This document shows positions 54,544 through 64,000 of a DNA stretch of 64,000 nucleotides, one piece after another. The position numbers were made by a program, and so were the translations under genes. The notes under the pieces were generated by a model. The model searched no databases and was not told the DNA's origin. It worked only from the letters and a program-made list of their open reading frames with translations. How positions within the stretch are numbered: position 1 is the first letter of the stretch; each line of letters begins with the position of its first letter. This DNA comes from Oscillospiraceae bacterium (GTDB lineage: Bacteria > Bacillota > Clostridia > Oscillospirales > SIG627): the NCBI GenBank assembly GCA_015063985.1, contig SVTC01000005.1, positions 52,396-116,395 of the forward strand, written 5' to 3'.

Positions 54544-56700
54544 ATGAAATTTAAGCTGACGGCGCTGTTAACGACCGCAGCCATTCTGTTTTCGGGCTGT
54601 GCGGGAGCCTACACGGGAGCTGCACCTGAGGGTGGCTTGCCCTCTCAAGAAAGGAACACCTTGCCTCTTACCCAAGGCGGGGGAGCTGAGCTTGGTGATG
54701 ACAGTGTATCCTTTGGCGAGGCAATAGAGGATACGGGGGCATACGACGGCTATTTTGAGGGAGACGGAGACGGTGTGACGGTGGAATGGGTATCGGGCAC
54801 CGAGAATGCATACAAGCTTGAGGGGAACACTCTTTACTTTACCGCCATCACCGAGGAAAGCGTGTATTCCCTTTCGGGAAGCTTCAGGGGAAGCGTGGTT
54901 ATAGACGTGGGCGATGAATATAAATTCGAGCTTGAGCTAAAGGGCCTTTCCCTTATCTGCGACAGTGTAAATCCCATCACGGTAAAAAGCGCAGACGAGG
55001 TAACGATAAAGGCGAAAAAGGACACAAAAAGCTATATCTACGACTTAAGAGAGGCGATCGACTCTGCCGACGAGGCGCTTTATTCGGGGGCGATCCACTC
55101 CGAGACGGATCTTGAGCTTGGCGGTAAGGGTGAGCTGACGGTGGTTTCCGAAAACAATAACGGGATCCATTCCAAAAATGATCTGCAGGTGAAAAATCTA
55201 AGCTTATTCGTTGCCTGCATCGATAATTGCCTTAAGGGAAAGGACAGTGTTGAGATAGAGGGGGGCAGCACAACCCTGATAGCATCGGGAGGAGACTGCA
55301 TAAAGACCTCGGACAGCGATATCTCCGAGAAGGGCAATCAGAGGGGAGATATTACCGTAACGGGCGGCACTCACACTCTTTACGCCGCCTGCGACGGAAT
55401 GGATGCGGCGCATAACGTGATAGTTGACGGCAGCACCACGGTGCTTAGCATTTATACCGACAAGTATTCAAGCTACTCCGGGGAGGTGACCTCTGTCAGT
55501 GAGGACGGATATTATATCCGCTTCCCGAGCCAGGACTACAGCTACTCGGTAAAGTTTATCAATTCAGACACCCAAGAGTCTTTATGGGTGGATGCGCAGT
55601 ATCATTCCAAGGCTCAAGGTCAAAGAAGCAGTTATTATTACTATTTCTTCCCAAAGCCTGAGGGCTACGATAAGCTTAGATTTTTTGTGTATTCCGACGG
55701 AATGGAGCTTTCTCAGGAGCTTTGTTATGCCGCCGCATCCGATGAAATGGTGCTCAGCACCGCCTACGATACCATCGCCCTGACGAGCTCGGGCTATTCG
55801 TGGACAAGCTACACCACCCGTGTTCAGGAGGGCGGCTTTGGCGGTCCCGGAGGAAGACCCGGCGGCGGAGGGCCGGGGGGCATGGGCGGAATGCAGGACG
55901 GCAACAGTGATAAGGGTGACTATTCCACTAAGGGCATAAAGGCCGCAAACGAGATAGTGATAGAAAACGGCACCGTTAATATAAAGGCATACGACGACGC
56001 CATCCACGCCAACAGTGACCAAAGCCTTGAAAACGGAGCGTCACCTTTGGGCAAGGTAACGGTCAACGGCGGCAATATTACCGTATATTCCAACGACGAC
56101 GGACTTCACGCCGACGGAGAGCTGGTTATGACCGACGGTACCGTTACCGTCACCCAAGCCTATGAGGGCATAGAGGGTACCCGTGTGAATATCACGGGCG
56201 GACGCCTTTCCGTATATGCCAAGGATGACGGAGTCAACGCCACCGCCACCTCCGACACTGCTGTGAGCATCGGCGGCGGAAGAATATATATCAGCTGCGG
56301 AGGCGACGGAATAGATTCCAACAGTCGAGCCTCATACAGCGGAATAGTGTTCTCGGGCGGGGAAACGGTGGTCATTTCCACCTCGGGAGGTAACTCCGCC
56401 ATAGACAGTGAGCAGGGATATCTGTACAGCGGAGGCTATGTTATTGCTCTTATGCCCGTAGGCGGAATGGCAAACGAGGCTACCCACTGTCAGGGCTTTG
56501 AAAGCATAGGAAGTGTGACGAAGGCATCTCTTTTGGAGGGAGAGTATCTTGTGGTGACCGTCAAGGATAAAGTGGCAACGGTGAAGATCGCGGAGTCTAT
56601 GTCCGCATATATCATAGCTTTGGGAGACTCTGCCGCCGAGATCTCCACAGAAGCCTCCACCGAGCTTGAGCTTGACAAAAACGGCGTTGCATGGAATTAA
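54544..56700 (+). CDS. Secreted lipoprotein with two beta-helix-like repeat halves (Cthe_2159-type carbohydrate-binding family)
   Basis: Lipobox LFSGCAG. Recurring G(I/L)HS/DG(L/I)HA/DGIDSN turn motifs. A Gly-rich linker GGFGGPGGRPGGGGPGGMGGM separates the halves. Confidence 0.55.
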   Translation: MKFKLTALLTTAAILFSGCAGAYTGAAPEGGLPSQERNTLPLTQGGGAELGDDSVSFGEAIEDTGAYDGYFEGDGDGVTVEWVSGTENAYKLEGNTLYFTAITEESVYSLSGSFRGSVVIDVGDEYKFELELKGLSLICDSVNPITVKSADEVTIKAKKDTKSYIYDLREAIDSADEALYSGAIHSETDLELGGKGELTVVSENNNGIHSKNDLQVKNLSLFVACIDNCLKGKDSVEIEGGSTTLIASGGDCIKTSDSDISEKGNQRGDITVTGGTHTLYAACDGMDAAHNVIVDGSTTVLSIYTDKYSSYSGEVTSVSEDGYYIRFPSQDYSYSVKFINSDTQESLWVDAQYHSKAQGQRSSYYYYFFPKPEGYDKLRFFVYSDGMELSQELCYAAASDEMVLSTAYDTIALTSSGYSWTSYTTRVQEGGFGGPGGRPGGGGPGGMGGMQDGNSDKGDYSTKGIKAANEIVIENGTVNIKAYDDAIHANSDQSLENGASPLGKVTVNGGNITVYSNDDGLHADGELVMTDGTVTVTQAYEGIEGTRVNITGGRLSVYAKDDGVNATATSDTAVSIGGGRIYISCGGDGIDSNSRASYSGIVFSGGETVVISTSGGNSAIDSEQGYLYSGGYVIALMPVGGMANEATHCQGFESIGSVTKASLLEGEYLVVTVKDKVATVKIAESMSAYIIALGDSAAEISTEASTELELDKNGVAWN

Positions 56701-56766
56701 GATCTTATTGAAAAGACAGAGAATTTTTGCTATAATTATTTGAGAAACCAAAAAGGGGGGAGCGAG

Positions 56767-57441
56767 GTGCGCCTATTGGTCGCAGAGGACGATCCAAGGC
56801 TTTTGAAAAGCCTTGTGCGTATCTTTGAAATAAATAACTATACAGTTGACGGCGTAAGCGACGGAGACACCGCCTTTGACCTTGCCGCCTCCGATGAATA
56901 CGACGGTCTTGTGCTTGACGTTATGATGCCGGGGACGGACGGAGTGACGCTTTTAAAAAAGCTGAGAGAAAAGGGGATAAGCACCCCCGCTCTCTTTCTC
57001 AGCGCCAGAAGCGAGACCTATCAGAAGATAGAGGGGCTTGATGCGGGTGCGGACGATTATCTGCCCAAGCCCTTTGAAACGGGAGAGCTTCTTGCCAGAG
57101 TCCGCGCAATGCTTCGCAGAAAGGACAATTATCTTCCCGACGTGTTGCGCTTTCACGGTCTTTATCTTAACCGCTCCACCTACGAGATATCCTGCAACGG
57201 TATTTCGGCGGCTCTCAGTGCAAGGGAGTTTCAGGTAATGGAGATGCTTATGCAGCAGCCCGGGGGGATAGTCAGCCCCGAGCAGATAATCACCCACGTC
57301 TGGGGCTGGGATACAAACGTGGACACCAGTGTGGTCTGGGTGCATATATCCAACATCCGCAAAAAGCTGGAGGGGATATCCTGCCCCGTGCTTATCCGAT
57401 TTGTACGAGGGGGCGGATACGTTCTGGAGGCTGAAAAATGA
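56767..57441 (+). CDS. OmpR-family response regulator
   Basis: GTG 56767 follows a GGGGGGAG ribosome-binding site. RLLVAEDD...LDVMMPG receiver domain and a winged-helix C-terminus. Confidence 0.85.
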   Translation: MRLLVAEDDPRLLKSLVRIFEINNYTVDGVSDGDTAFDLAASDEYDGLVLDVMMPGTDGVTLLKKLREKGISTPALFLSARSETYQKIEGLDAGADDYLPKPFETGELLARVRAMLRRKDNYLPDVLRFHGLYLNRSTYEISCNGISAALSAREFQVMEMLMQQPGGIVSPEQIITHVWGWDTNVDTSVVWVHISNIRKKLEGISCPVLIRFVRGGGYVLEAEK

Positions 57442-58679
57442 TCGACAGACTTCGACGCAGATTTATAATAATCTCAATCGTTTCGGTGCTCTCGGTGGTG
57501 ACCCTGGTATTCGGGCTGATACTTTCGTGGAATATTGTTTCCCTGAACAGAAATATGGATATTCTCGCCGACAGAGTGTCGGAGGGCGGAGGAAGATTTC
57601 CCGGCACCCCCAACGAGGGACCGAGGCCCGATAAGATGCCGCCGAAAAACGATCAGTCTCTCGGATTTATTAATCCCGAGACCCCCTTTTCCACGCGCCA
57701 CTTTACCGTGTTCTTCGATGAGGAGGGCAATGCCACGGACACCTTTACCGATTCGATCTACGCCATTACAAAGGAGCAGGCGGTGGAGTATGCCCAAAGG
57801 GTGCTCAAGGGAGCAGATAACAGAGGCTGGATATCAAGCTACCGCTACAAGGTGTTTTCCACCGAGCGCGGCAGAGGAGTGGTCTTTGTCGACGGCAGTA
57901 TGAACCGCTCCGCACTGACCCAATCCATGGTGATAGCCGCAGTGGTGCTCTTTGCCTGCGGGGCGCTGGTGCTGATCTTGATATTACTGCTCTCGAAAAG
58001 AGCCGTAAAGCCCATCGCGCAAAGCTACGAAAAGCAAAAGCAGTTTATCACCGATGCAAACCACGAGCTGAAGACTCCCTTGACTCTTATTCTGGCAAAT
58101 CTTGATATTGCAGAGGGCGAGCTGGGTAAAAACGAATGGCTGGAGGACATCCGCTCGGAGGGAATGCGTATGGCGGAGCTGGTAAATCAGCTTGTGGCTC
58201 TTTCCCGTATGGACGAGGAGGAGCAGAGACCCCGTATCGCGGAGCTGAGCCTTGGGGAGACGGTGTATGACACTGTATCGGAATTTGAGCCCCTTGCTCT
58301 GAGCCGAGGAAAGACCGTCACGGCCTCGATAGACAGATCCCTTAAATGCCGCGGCGACGAGAGCCTGCTAAGACGCCTTGTGGGTATACTTATGGATAAC
58401 GCCGTAAAATATTGCGACAAGGGCGGAGAGATAAGCGTAAGCCTTCAAGGGGGAAGATGCCCGACTCTCACCGTAGAAAACAGCTATTCGGCGGTGGACG
58501 AGCTGGATACGGAGCGCTTGTTCGACCGCTTCTACCGCGCCGATCGGGCGAGGACCTTTAACGGAGGCTACGGCCTGGGTCTGGCTATGGCAAGATCCAT
58601 AGTACAAAAGCACCGAGGAGAGATAAGCGCCTATAAAAAGGATGGCGCCATAGGCTTTAAGGTCATATTGCATTATTGA
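57438..58679 (+). CDS. Sensor histidine kinase
   Basis: Two TM helices, H-box NHELKTPLT, N/G boxes DNAVKY and GLGLAMARSIV. A 4-nt overlap with the regulator gene. Confidence 0.9.
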   Translation: MIDRLRRRFIIISIVSVLSVVTLVFGLILSWNIVSLNRNMDILADRVSEGGGRFPGTPNEGPRPDKMPPKNDQSLGFINPETPFSTRHFTVFFDEEGNATDTFTDSIYAITKEQAVEYAQRVLKGADNRGWISSYRYKVFSTERGRGVVFVDGSMNRSALTQSMVIAAVVLFACGALVLILILLLSKRAVKPIAQSYEKQKQFITDANHELKTPLTLILANLDIAEGELGKNEWLEDIRSEGMRMAELVNQLVALSRMDEEEQRPRIAELSLGETVYDTVSEFEPLALSRGKTVTASIDRSLKCRGDESLLRRLVGILMDNAVKYCDKGGEISVSLQGGRCPTLTVENSYSAVDELDTERLFDRFYRADRARTFNGGYGLGLAMARSIVQKHRGEISAYKKDGAIGFKVILHY

Positions 58680-59048
58680 AAAATTTTTTTAATATAAAAG
58701 AAAAATGGGAGAAACTTCTTTACGAAGTGTCTCCCAATGATTTTTTGAAAAAAGTGTTGCACTTGGCTTGACAATCTGACGAGGCGAAATAGTAGCCACA
58801 TCTGTGGCGGTAGGGTGAGTTTGCAAGTGTCAAATGTTTCGGTGGGCTTTCAGCTCCGCCGGCAACACGCCCTTATAGGGCTGAGGGGGGTGTTTTTTTC
58901 ATCCTCCTTTGCCGCGGCAATACGGATGTGAATGGGAAGAGCGGTCCGGATAAACACCCACAAAAGGATGATTATCAAAATACGTATCAGGTACGGAATA
59001 AACCCGTTAAGAAACAAAGCCGCAGGAACGCATACCACCAAGAGAGCT

Positions 59049-60371
59049 TTATTTCTTTACAAAAAAGCTGATCCTTTGGCTTGCTATCTCAAAGCTTGAG
59101 GCGATCTTATTTGTGACTCTGTCCTGCCAAAGCCCCTCCAGCTTCAGGGTATAGGGCTTATCGCTGAGATTGGATACCGTAAGGTAAGTGCTTTCGTTTA
59201 CGAACATTGAGGCGTAGATATCCTCAAAAAGCTCCGATCTGATAAGATCGCAGTCTCTGAGCTCTATATAGGCAAGGGAATTTTCGCTGACCATAGGCTT
59301 ATACAGAGCAAAATATCTGCTCCAGCAGTTGAATTCATCGGGATCGTCGGGGATGGAGGACCAAAGGCTGTAAACGTAAGGGCCGTCGGGATGAGCGTCC
59401 ATATACTCTCCCACCGCCTTGTAAAACTCCTGCTCGTCTCCGCCGTAATAGGTAACGTTTTCAAGCTCGGTGTTTTTGCCTCTGATGGGGCGACCCGTCT
59501 TCAAAAGAGGAAACTGCATAAAAGGGACGGTGTAGGCAATATAATCCTCCAGGGTGTTGCCCTCGTAGAAATGTCTGTCCTGGCAGGGGACCACGTAGCC
59601 CGGATACTCCTTCCCGATGCCCGGCTCGAGCTTTGTTATTGCCTCGCCTACCCAGAGATAGTCATATACCTTATCCTTGCAGGGAGCGGGGTTATTTCTG
59701 TCGCAGTGGAGCTTGTATATTCCACCGCGCTTTTTTATTTCACTGTAGATCTGCACCAGCATATCCTCTACGTCAGCATCGTAGAAATCCTTATCCATAT
59801 GGCAATGAGAGCCGGGGACGTAGCCGTCGTAGCCCCAATCGTTGAATATGCCGTCAAAGCCGTAGCGATCCATAGCCTCAAGGGTCTTGGGGATAACGTA
59901 GGCTCTCCAGGCGGCGTTGCCGTGATTTCCCTTGCGGTAACAAAAGTAGTTATTTTTAAAGGCGCGCTTTATCGAGGTGAACTCCTCGCGAAAATCCGGA
60001 TCGGTCTGTTGAAAATATCCCGATGACACGTATGCTATGACCTTGATGCCGTTATCGTGGCACAGCCTTACAAACGCCTTCATTCCTTCCTCGTCCACAG
60101 CGCTGAATTTATCTGCGCCGTAAAGCCTGCAGGCGTCGTTCCAATCCTCGTGGAGCTGAATGAGACTGACTCCCGCCTTTGCCATTTTCTCTATCAGCGC
60201 TCTGTCGTAATCGGTGGGGCTTGCAATGACCTTGTCGGGATAATCTCCCAGGTTGTATATGGCCTGACCCGCAAGATAATCACTTACCCTTATTCTGCGC
60301 AGATACCTTTTGTTGGTTTTTTCCGCCAGACGGATGTTTTCTATTCTTGCCTGTTGCTTAAGCTCTGTCAT
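59049..60371 (-). CDS. Hypothetical TIM-barrel glycosidase-like protein
   Basis: Alternating strand/helix blocks (VSLIQLHEDWND, IKVIAYVSSGYF, FDGIFNDWGYDG). No confident family assignment. Confidence 0.45.
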   Translation of the reverse strand: MTELKQQARIENIRLAEKTNKRYLRRIRVSDYLAGQAIYNLGDYPDKVIASPTDYDRALIEKMAKAGVSLIQLHEDWNDACRLYGADKFSAVDEEGMKAFVRLCHDNGIKVIAYVSSGYFQQTDPDFREEFTSIKRAFKNNYFCYRKGNHGNAAWRAYVIPKTLEAMDRYGFDGIFNDWGYDGYVPGSHCHMDKDFYDADVEDMLVQIYSEIKKRGGIYKLHCDRNNPAPCKDKVYDYLWVGEAITKLEPGIGKEYPGYVVPCQDRHFYEGNTLEDYIAYTVPFMQFPLLKTGRPIRGKNTELENVTYYGGDEQEFYKAVGEYMDAHPDGPYVYSLWSSIPDDPDEFNCWSRYFALYKPMVSENSLAYIELRDCDLIRSELFEDIYASMFVNESTYLTVSNLSDKPYTLKLEGLWQDRVTNKIASSFEIASQRISFFVKK

Positions 60372-60888
60372 CTAAATTTACTTCCTTTTTTGTATTTCTG
60401 TCGTGGCGTACCAAGCCAAGTATTATGGAGCTCATTGCCAGAACCTCGTTGAGAGCGCCGGTGTGAGCGCCGTGAACGAGATTATATACTATCCAGCAGG
60501 GGCCCACCAAAAGGGAGATGAGGCGTATTTTTTTTGGATCCTTCATCCACAGTGCCACCGTGGAAAGCACCGAGCCTGCTATGGGCAGAAGACTCCAGCC
60601 ATTTTCATAGGTATATATGCCCGATGCTACCATAAGTGCAATGAATACAAAAAGCCATACCCTCGACGAAGCCCATTTTTTTGTGTTGTTTAAGAAAAAC
60701 AGGGTCCTTACAAAGGAGATCAGATCAAGACAGCCGCCCGTTATTGCATTTACCATAAAAAGCTGGAGTGAGAACATAAGGCTTGCAGTCATCTGAAAGA
60801 GCAGTATCAGTTTTCGGGAGCTGAACTGAAAGGATAAAAGGGAAAATACTATACCGATCACTCCCACTATTTGTGCGGGCAGATTCAT
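60358..60888 (-). CDS. YgjV-family inner membrane protein
   Basis: About 5 TM helices. The N-terminus AQIVGVIGIVFSLLSFQ resembles YgjV-like proteins. Confidence 0.5.
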   Translation of the reverse strand: MNLPAQIVGVIGIVFSLLSFQFSSRKLILLFQMTASLMFSLQLFMVNAITGGCLDLISFVRTLFFLNNTKKWASSRVWLFVFIALMVASGIYTYENGWSLLPIAGSVLSTVALWMKDPKKIRLISLLVGPCWIVYNLVHGAHTGALNEVLAMSSIILGLVRHDRNTKKEVNLDDRA

Positions 60889-61005
60889 AGGCGGGATCTC
60901 CTTTCCTTGTAAGAATTTTTGAAAGTGCAGTGATTATTATATCACATAAATAATGTTAATTCAATGTCAAATTTACATAAATGCCCGGTTGGGAATTTTT
61001 AAGTT

Positions 61006-61953
61006 TTATAACATTGTGTTAAGAAGGGGATCGGCGGAGTTTTTATTGTGTTCAAGCATGCTTTTTAATGCGAAAAGCACGTCGGAAAGTCTTTCGTCTG
61101 AGATCACATCCTGCGGAGCTCTCAGTGTATATAAGGCTTTTTCGTTACTGCATTTTAACAAAAAGGATATTTCCACCCTGCCGGAGCGGTATTGGGGCGA
61201 AGAAAAGGATATATCCTTATTGCAAAGTCGGGATATCTTTTCAAGGCATATTGCGGCAGTGTCCACGGCGCCGGGAGTGTTTTTATACAGCTTAAGCTCC
61301 TTGCACTCGCAGCTTAAAACAACGATGGCGTTATCGGCCTTTTCGAGGACGCGGCAAATAAGTCTTTTTCGGTCGGTATTTACAAGAAGGAAGCATATCG
61401 CCCAAAGCATAGCCGCGGCAAGCCTTGTGTGGTCGGAGGCGACGGCGAGTCTGCTTTCGCACAGTACCTCAAGCCTGTAGCCCCATCGGGACAGGCTTTT
61501 TTCCGTTCTTCGGCGCAGAGCCTCCAGAAGATCCTTCACCGCTACTGCCACTCTTTTTTCGGAGGCAAGACCCTTAAGGGAGCCTTCGGCATCCGACTCG
61601 AGAAGGGTGTTTCTTGCCGAGGGCTCCAGTCCTTCCTTAAAGGGGAGGGCGGGAGTATTCCGATCCGCCGTCTCACCTATCTCCAAGGGAAAGAGCTTCA
61701 GCTTATAAAGTCCGTCCTTAAAGGACACGGACACTATCCAGCGCTTGTCGTAAAGCTCAAAGGAGCTTATGCCGATCTTTAGTGTGACTCTAAGAGCGGT
61801 TTGGATATCTTCGGAAAGGGAAAGAAAGGGGAAGTGCTTTTTGGCAAGAGCATTAAACGACACTATTTTGCGCCGTGAGTTACAAATAATGCAAATGGAG
61901 GCTTCATCGGGATAGGGCTCGTATTCGAGCTCGCTTTTAATATTATCTTTCAT
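61006..61953 (-). CDS. Hypothetical protein, coupled downstream of the AraC regulator
   Basis: 315-aa ORF starting 3 nt after the AraC stop. No motif recognised. Confidence 0.45.
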   Translation of the reverse strand: MKDNIKSELEYEPYPDEASICIICNSRRKIVSFNALAKKHFPFLSLSEDIQTALRVTLKIGISSFELYDKRWIVSVSFKDGLYKLKLFPLEIGETADRNTPALPFKEGLEPSARNTLLESDAEGSLKGLASEKRVAVAVKDLLEALRRRTEKSLSRWGYRLEVLCESRLAVASDHTRLAAAMLWAICFLLVNTDRKRLICRVLEKADNAIVVLSCECKELKLYKNTPGAVDTAAICLEKISRLCNKDISFSSPQYRSGRVEISFLLKCSNEKALYTLRAPQDVISDERLSDVLFALKSMLEHNKNSADPLLNTML

Positions 61954-61956
61954 AGT

Positions 61957-62850
61957 CTATTTTCTCGTTAATTTTTTAAAGCTTCCGGGGGTACATCCTT
62001 TATAGCGCTTGAATTGGCTGGCAAAATGGCTGGGGGTGGAATAGCCCACCGCTTCGGCGATCTCGGTGAGATTGAGCTTTCCCTCTGAGAGAAGCAGCTC
62101 AGCCCGAGCCAGGCGCAGGTGGATAAGATAAGAGCGCAGAGTTATTCCCATAAGAGAAGAGAAGCAACGGGAGAAATAGGCGGTGGAATATCCCGCCACA
62201 TCTGCCAGAGTTCTTTCGTCGCAGATCTGTATATTCTTGCTTGCAAACTCCATAGCCCTTGTGACGTTTCGCACGGTGTCCGGGGGGAGGGGATGTCCTG
62301 AAACGTCAAGAAGTCTTTCCTTGCTCCAGCTTCTTAAAAGCAGCGAGAACAGGTTAAGAATTGCGCCCTTTACGGATAGCTCAAAGCCCGTATCCCTTTC
62401 CTCCGACTCGGTAAAGACGGTGTTCACAAGGGCTTCTATCCTTTTGGCATAAGGCGACGATGCCTTTACCACCCTCGGATGAGAGGAGCCCGCGGTGAGA
62501 AAGGGCAGAATGTATTTAAATTCCGAGGCGGACTGATCGGCGTTGTAGATTATCTGGGGCATAAGCTTTATGACCTTGTATTTACTGTGTGTGGGCGCAC
62601 GAAAGCAATGGGGCTCCATGGAATTGATTATAAAAAGCTCTCCCTCAGAAAAGCTTGAGACCTCTCCCGAGACCAAGGCCTCGGTCTCGCCCTCCAAGCC
62701 CCACAGCAGCTCTATGTATTCGTGGTAATGGCACCTTGAGTCCTTTGAAAAGGGCTTGCCTGCCTTTTGGTGTATCTCCAGACAGTGGACCGTTTGGGGC
62801 ATACCGTTTTGCCTGTATATTCCTTCATCAAAATCCATTTTTCTCTCCAT
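61957..62850 (-). CDS. AraC-family transcriptional regulator (cupin plus HTH)
   Basis: C-terminal LTEIAEAVGYSTPSHFASQFKRYKGCTPGSF and an N-terminal cupin-like sensor domain. Confidence 0.85.
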   Translation of the reverse strand: MERKMDFDEGIYRQNGMPQTVHCLEIHQKAGKPFSKDSRCHYHEYIELLWGLEGETEALVSGEVSSFSEGELFIINSMEPHCFRAPTHSKYKVIKLMPQIIYNADQSASEFKYILPFLTAGSSHPRVVKASSPYAKRIEALVNTVFTESEERDTGFELSVKGAILNLFSLLLRSWSKERLLDVSGHPLPPDTVRNVTRAMEFASKNIQICDERTLADVAGYSTAYFSRCFSSLMGITLRSYLIHLRLARAELLLSEGKLNLTEIAEAVGYSTPSHFASQFKRYKGCTPGSFKKLTRK

Positions 62851-62967
62851 GTCAAAAAAACGATAATTTTTAGCAAATTTATTATAGCATATTTTTTGCT
62901 TTGGTGGTATAATTAAGCTATAAAAATAGGTGAAAAAATTTTTTTACCTTTGAAAAGGAGCAAGAAT

Positions 62968-63705
62968 ATGATAAAGGTCACTGTATGGAACGAATTTATC
63001 CACGAGACTAAGAGCGAAAAGGTAAAGGCTATATATCCCAACGGTATCCACAAGTTGATTGCGGATTTTCTCGCTTGCGATGATATCAGCGTAAGGACCG
63101 CTACTCTTAATATGCCCGAGTGCGGCTTGACAAAAGAGGTATTGGATGATACCGACGTTCTTATCTGGTGGGCACACGTAGCTCACGATAAGGTACCCGA
63201 CGAGATAGCCTTCCGCGTAAGAGATGCGGTCAACAGCGGTATGGGTATAATCTTCCTCCATTCCGCACATCTTTCCAAGCCCTTCAGATATCTTCTGGGA
63301 ACCGCCTGCAATCTTTGCTGGAGAGAGTCCGGCGACAGCGAGAGGCTTTGGGTCATCGAGCCCGGTCATCCCATAGCTCAGGGCTTAGACCGCTTTATCG
63401 AGATCCCCGCAGACGAGACCTACGGCGAGCCCTTCGGTATTCCCAACCCCGATAAGACCGTATTTATTGGTACCTACAGCGGCGGAGAGGTGTTCCGCAG
63501 CGGCGTTTGCTTTGAGAGGCTCAACGGAAAGATCTTCTACTTCCAGCCCGGCCACGAGACCTTCCCCATCTACTACCAGGCAGAGATCCAGAAGGTAATA
63601 AAGAATGCGGTAAGATGGGCTGCTCCCAATGCCCCCCGCAGATCTCTTAGTTGTCCCAACGTTCGTTTCCCCTCCGACAAGGAAAAGGGATACGTAAAGC
63701 AATAA
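62968..63705 (+). CDS. ThuA-domain protein
   Basis: MIKVTVWNEFIHE... and GEVFRSG..F.RG.G.IFYF.PGHE are ThuA-like. ATG 62968 follows AAGGAG. Confidence 0.7.
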   Translation: MIKVTVWNEFIHETKSEKVKAIYPNGIHKLIADFLACDDISVRTATLNMPECGLTKEVLDDTDVLIWWAHVAHDKVPDEIAFRVRDAVNSGMGIIFLHSAHLSKPFRYLLGTACNLCWRESGDSERLWVIEPGHPIAQGLDRFIEIPADETYGEPFGIPNPDKTVFIGTYSGGEVFRSGVCFERLNGKIFYFQPGHETFPIYYQAEIQKVIKNAVRWAAPNAPRRSLSCPNVRFPSDKEKGYVKQ

Positions 63706-63726
63706 GTAAAAACTAAGGAGAAAAAA

Positions 63727-64000
63727 ATGGTAAACGACGTTGTAAGAGTAGGTATAATCGGTTGCGGCGGTATCGCAAACGGAAAGCATATGCCTTCGCT
63801 GAAAAAGCTCAAGGACGTTGAAATGGTCGCGTTTTGCGACATCGTTGAGGAAAAGGCCGTAAAGGCAAAGGCCGAGTACGGCACAGAGGATGCAAGGGTC
63901 TATACAGACTACAAAAAGCTTCTTGAGGACAAGACCATCGACGTGGTCCACGTCTGCACTCCCAACAGAAGCCATTCCTTCATAACCGTGGACGCACTGG
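63727..64000 (+). CDS. Gfo/Idh/MocA-family oxidoreductase; the 3' end lies outside the window
   Basis: My own translation: MVNDVVRVGIIGCGGIANGKHMPSLKKL..VDVVHVCTPN (Rossmann GxGxxA motif). AAGGAG lies upstream. It is absent from the ORF track because no stop falls in the window. Confidence 0.8.
   Translation, partial: MVNDVVRVGIIGCGGIANGKHMPSLKKLKDVEMVAFCDIVEEKAVKAKAEYGTEDARVYTDYKKLLEDKTIDVVHVCTPNRSHSFITVDAL

Noticed and set aside
58781-58900. A possible small RNA or structured element (gccacatctgtggc hairpin, G-rich run) between the histidine kinase gene and the next gene
   Set aside because: The hairpins are short and isolated and match no known RNA family that I recognise. No promoter/terminator pair can be defined from the sequence alone.
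58850-59041. A 63-aa hydrophobic ORF downstream of the 59049-60371 gene
   Set aside because: It needs a TTG start, has no convincing ribosome-binding site, and lies in a region that otherwise looks like an intergenic or terminator zone (58680-59048). This is not enough evidence to call a gene.

Overview
The window is a Firmicutes/Clostridia-style chromosomal segment: AGGAGG-type ribosome-binding sites, consensus TTGACA-17-TATAAT promoters, many lipoproteins and glycoside hydrolases. All family calls come from motif recognition in the supplied translations; no searches were run, and GC content was not computed.

Housekeeping blocks:
- mnmE-mnmG-rsmG, with a translationally coupled polysaccharide deacetylase
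- recA-prs-recX-rimO-pgsA-cysS
- trxB and ychF

Transport and regulation:
- a P-type ATPase
- an amino-acid ABC transporter whose binding-protein gene is frameshifted
- an ABC-2 exporter, an AI-2E transporter, and queT behind a preQ1-I riboswitch
- an OmpR/HK pair next to a VTC-DUF4956-Cthe_2159 cluster

Glycan use: an island at 21.9-30.5 kb holds two SGNH esterases, GH2, GH43, YhcH and DUF4091. A GH36-like gene and ThuA/Gfo genes lie elsewhere.

Accessory content worth a second look:
1. A cytoplasmic TIR + BspA-type LRR fusion protein (17235-18872) has its own perfect promoter. It sits in a same-strand run: TPR protein, NTase-fold protein, TIR-LRR, ArsB/NhaD-like permease (1-nt overlap), DMT transporter.
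2. An orphan Card1/Can2-like CARF + PD-(D/E)xK protein (33374-34429) has S-x-K where E-x-K is expected. It heads an apparent operon with a small unknown protein that is ATGA-coupled to a secreted EndA-type nuclease.
3. Two decayed RAYT-type (REP-associated HUH/Y1) transposase genes bracket the glycan island. Each carries a different REP-like hairpin in frame inside its own coding sequence. The evidence includes a compensatory stem mutation, a REPIN-like doublet, a homopolymer frameshift, and 40-bp hairpin-bearing direct repeats.

No rRNA, tRNA or CRISPR array was seen.
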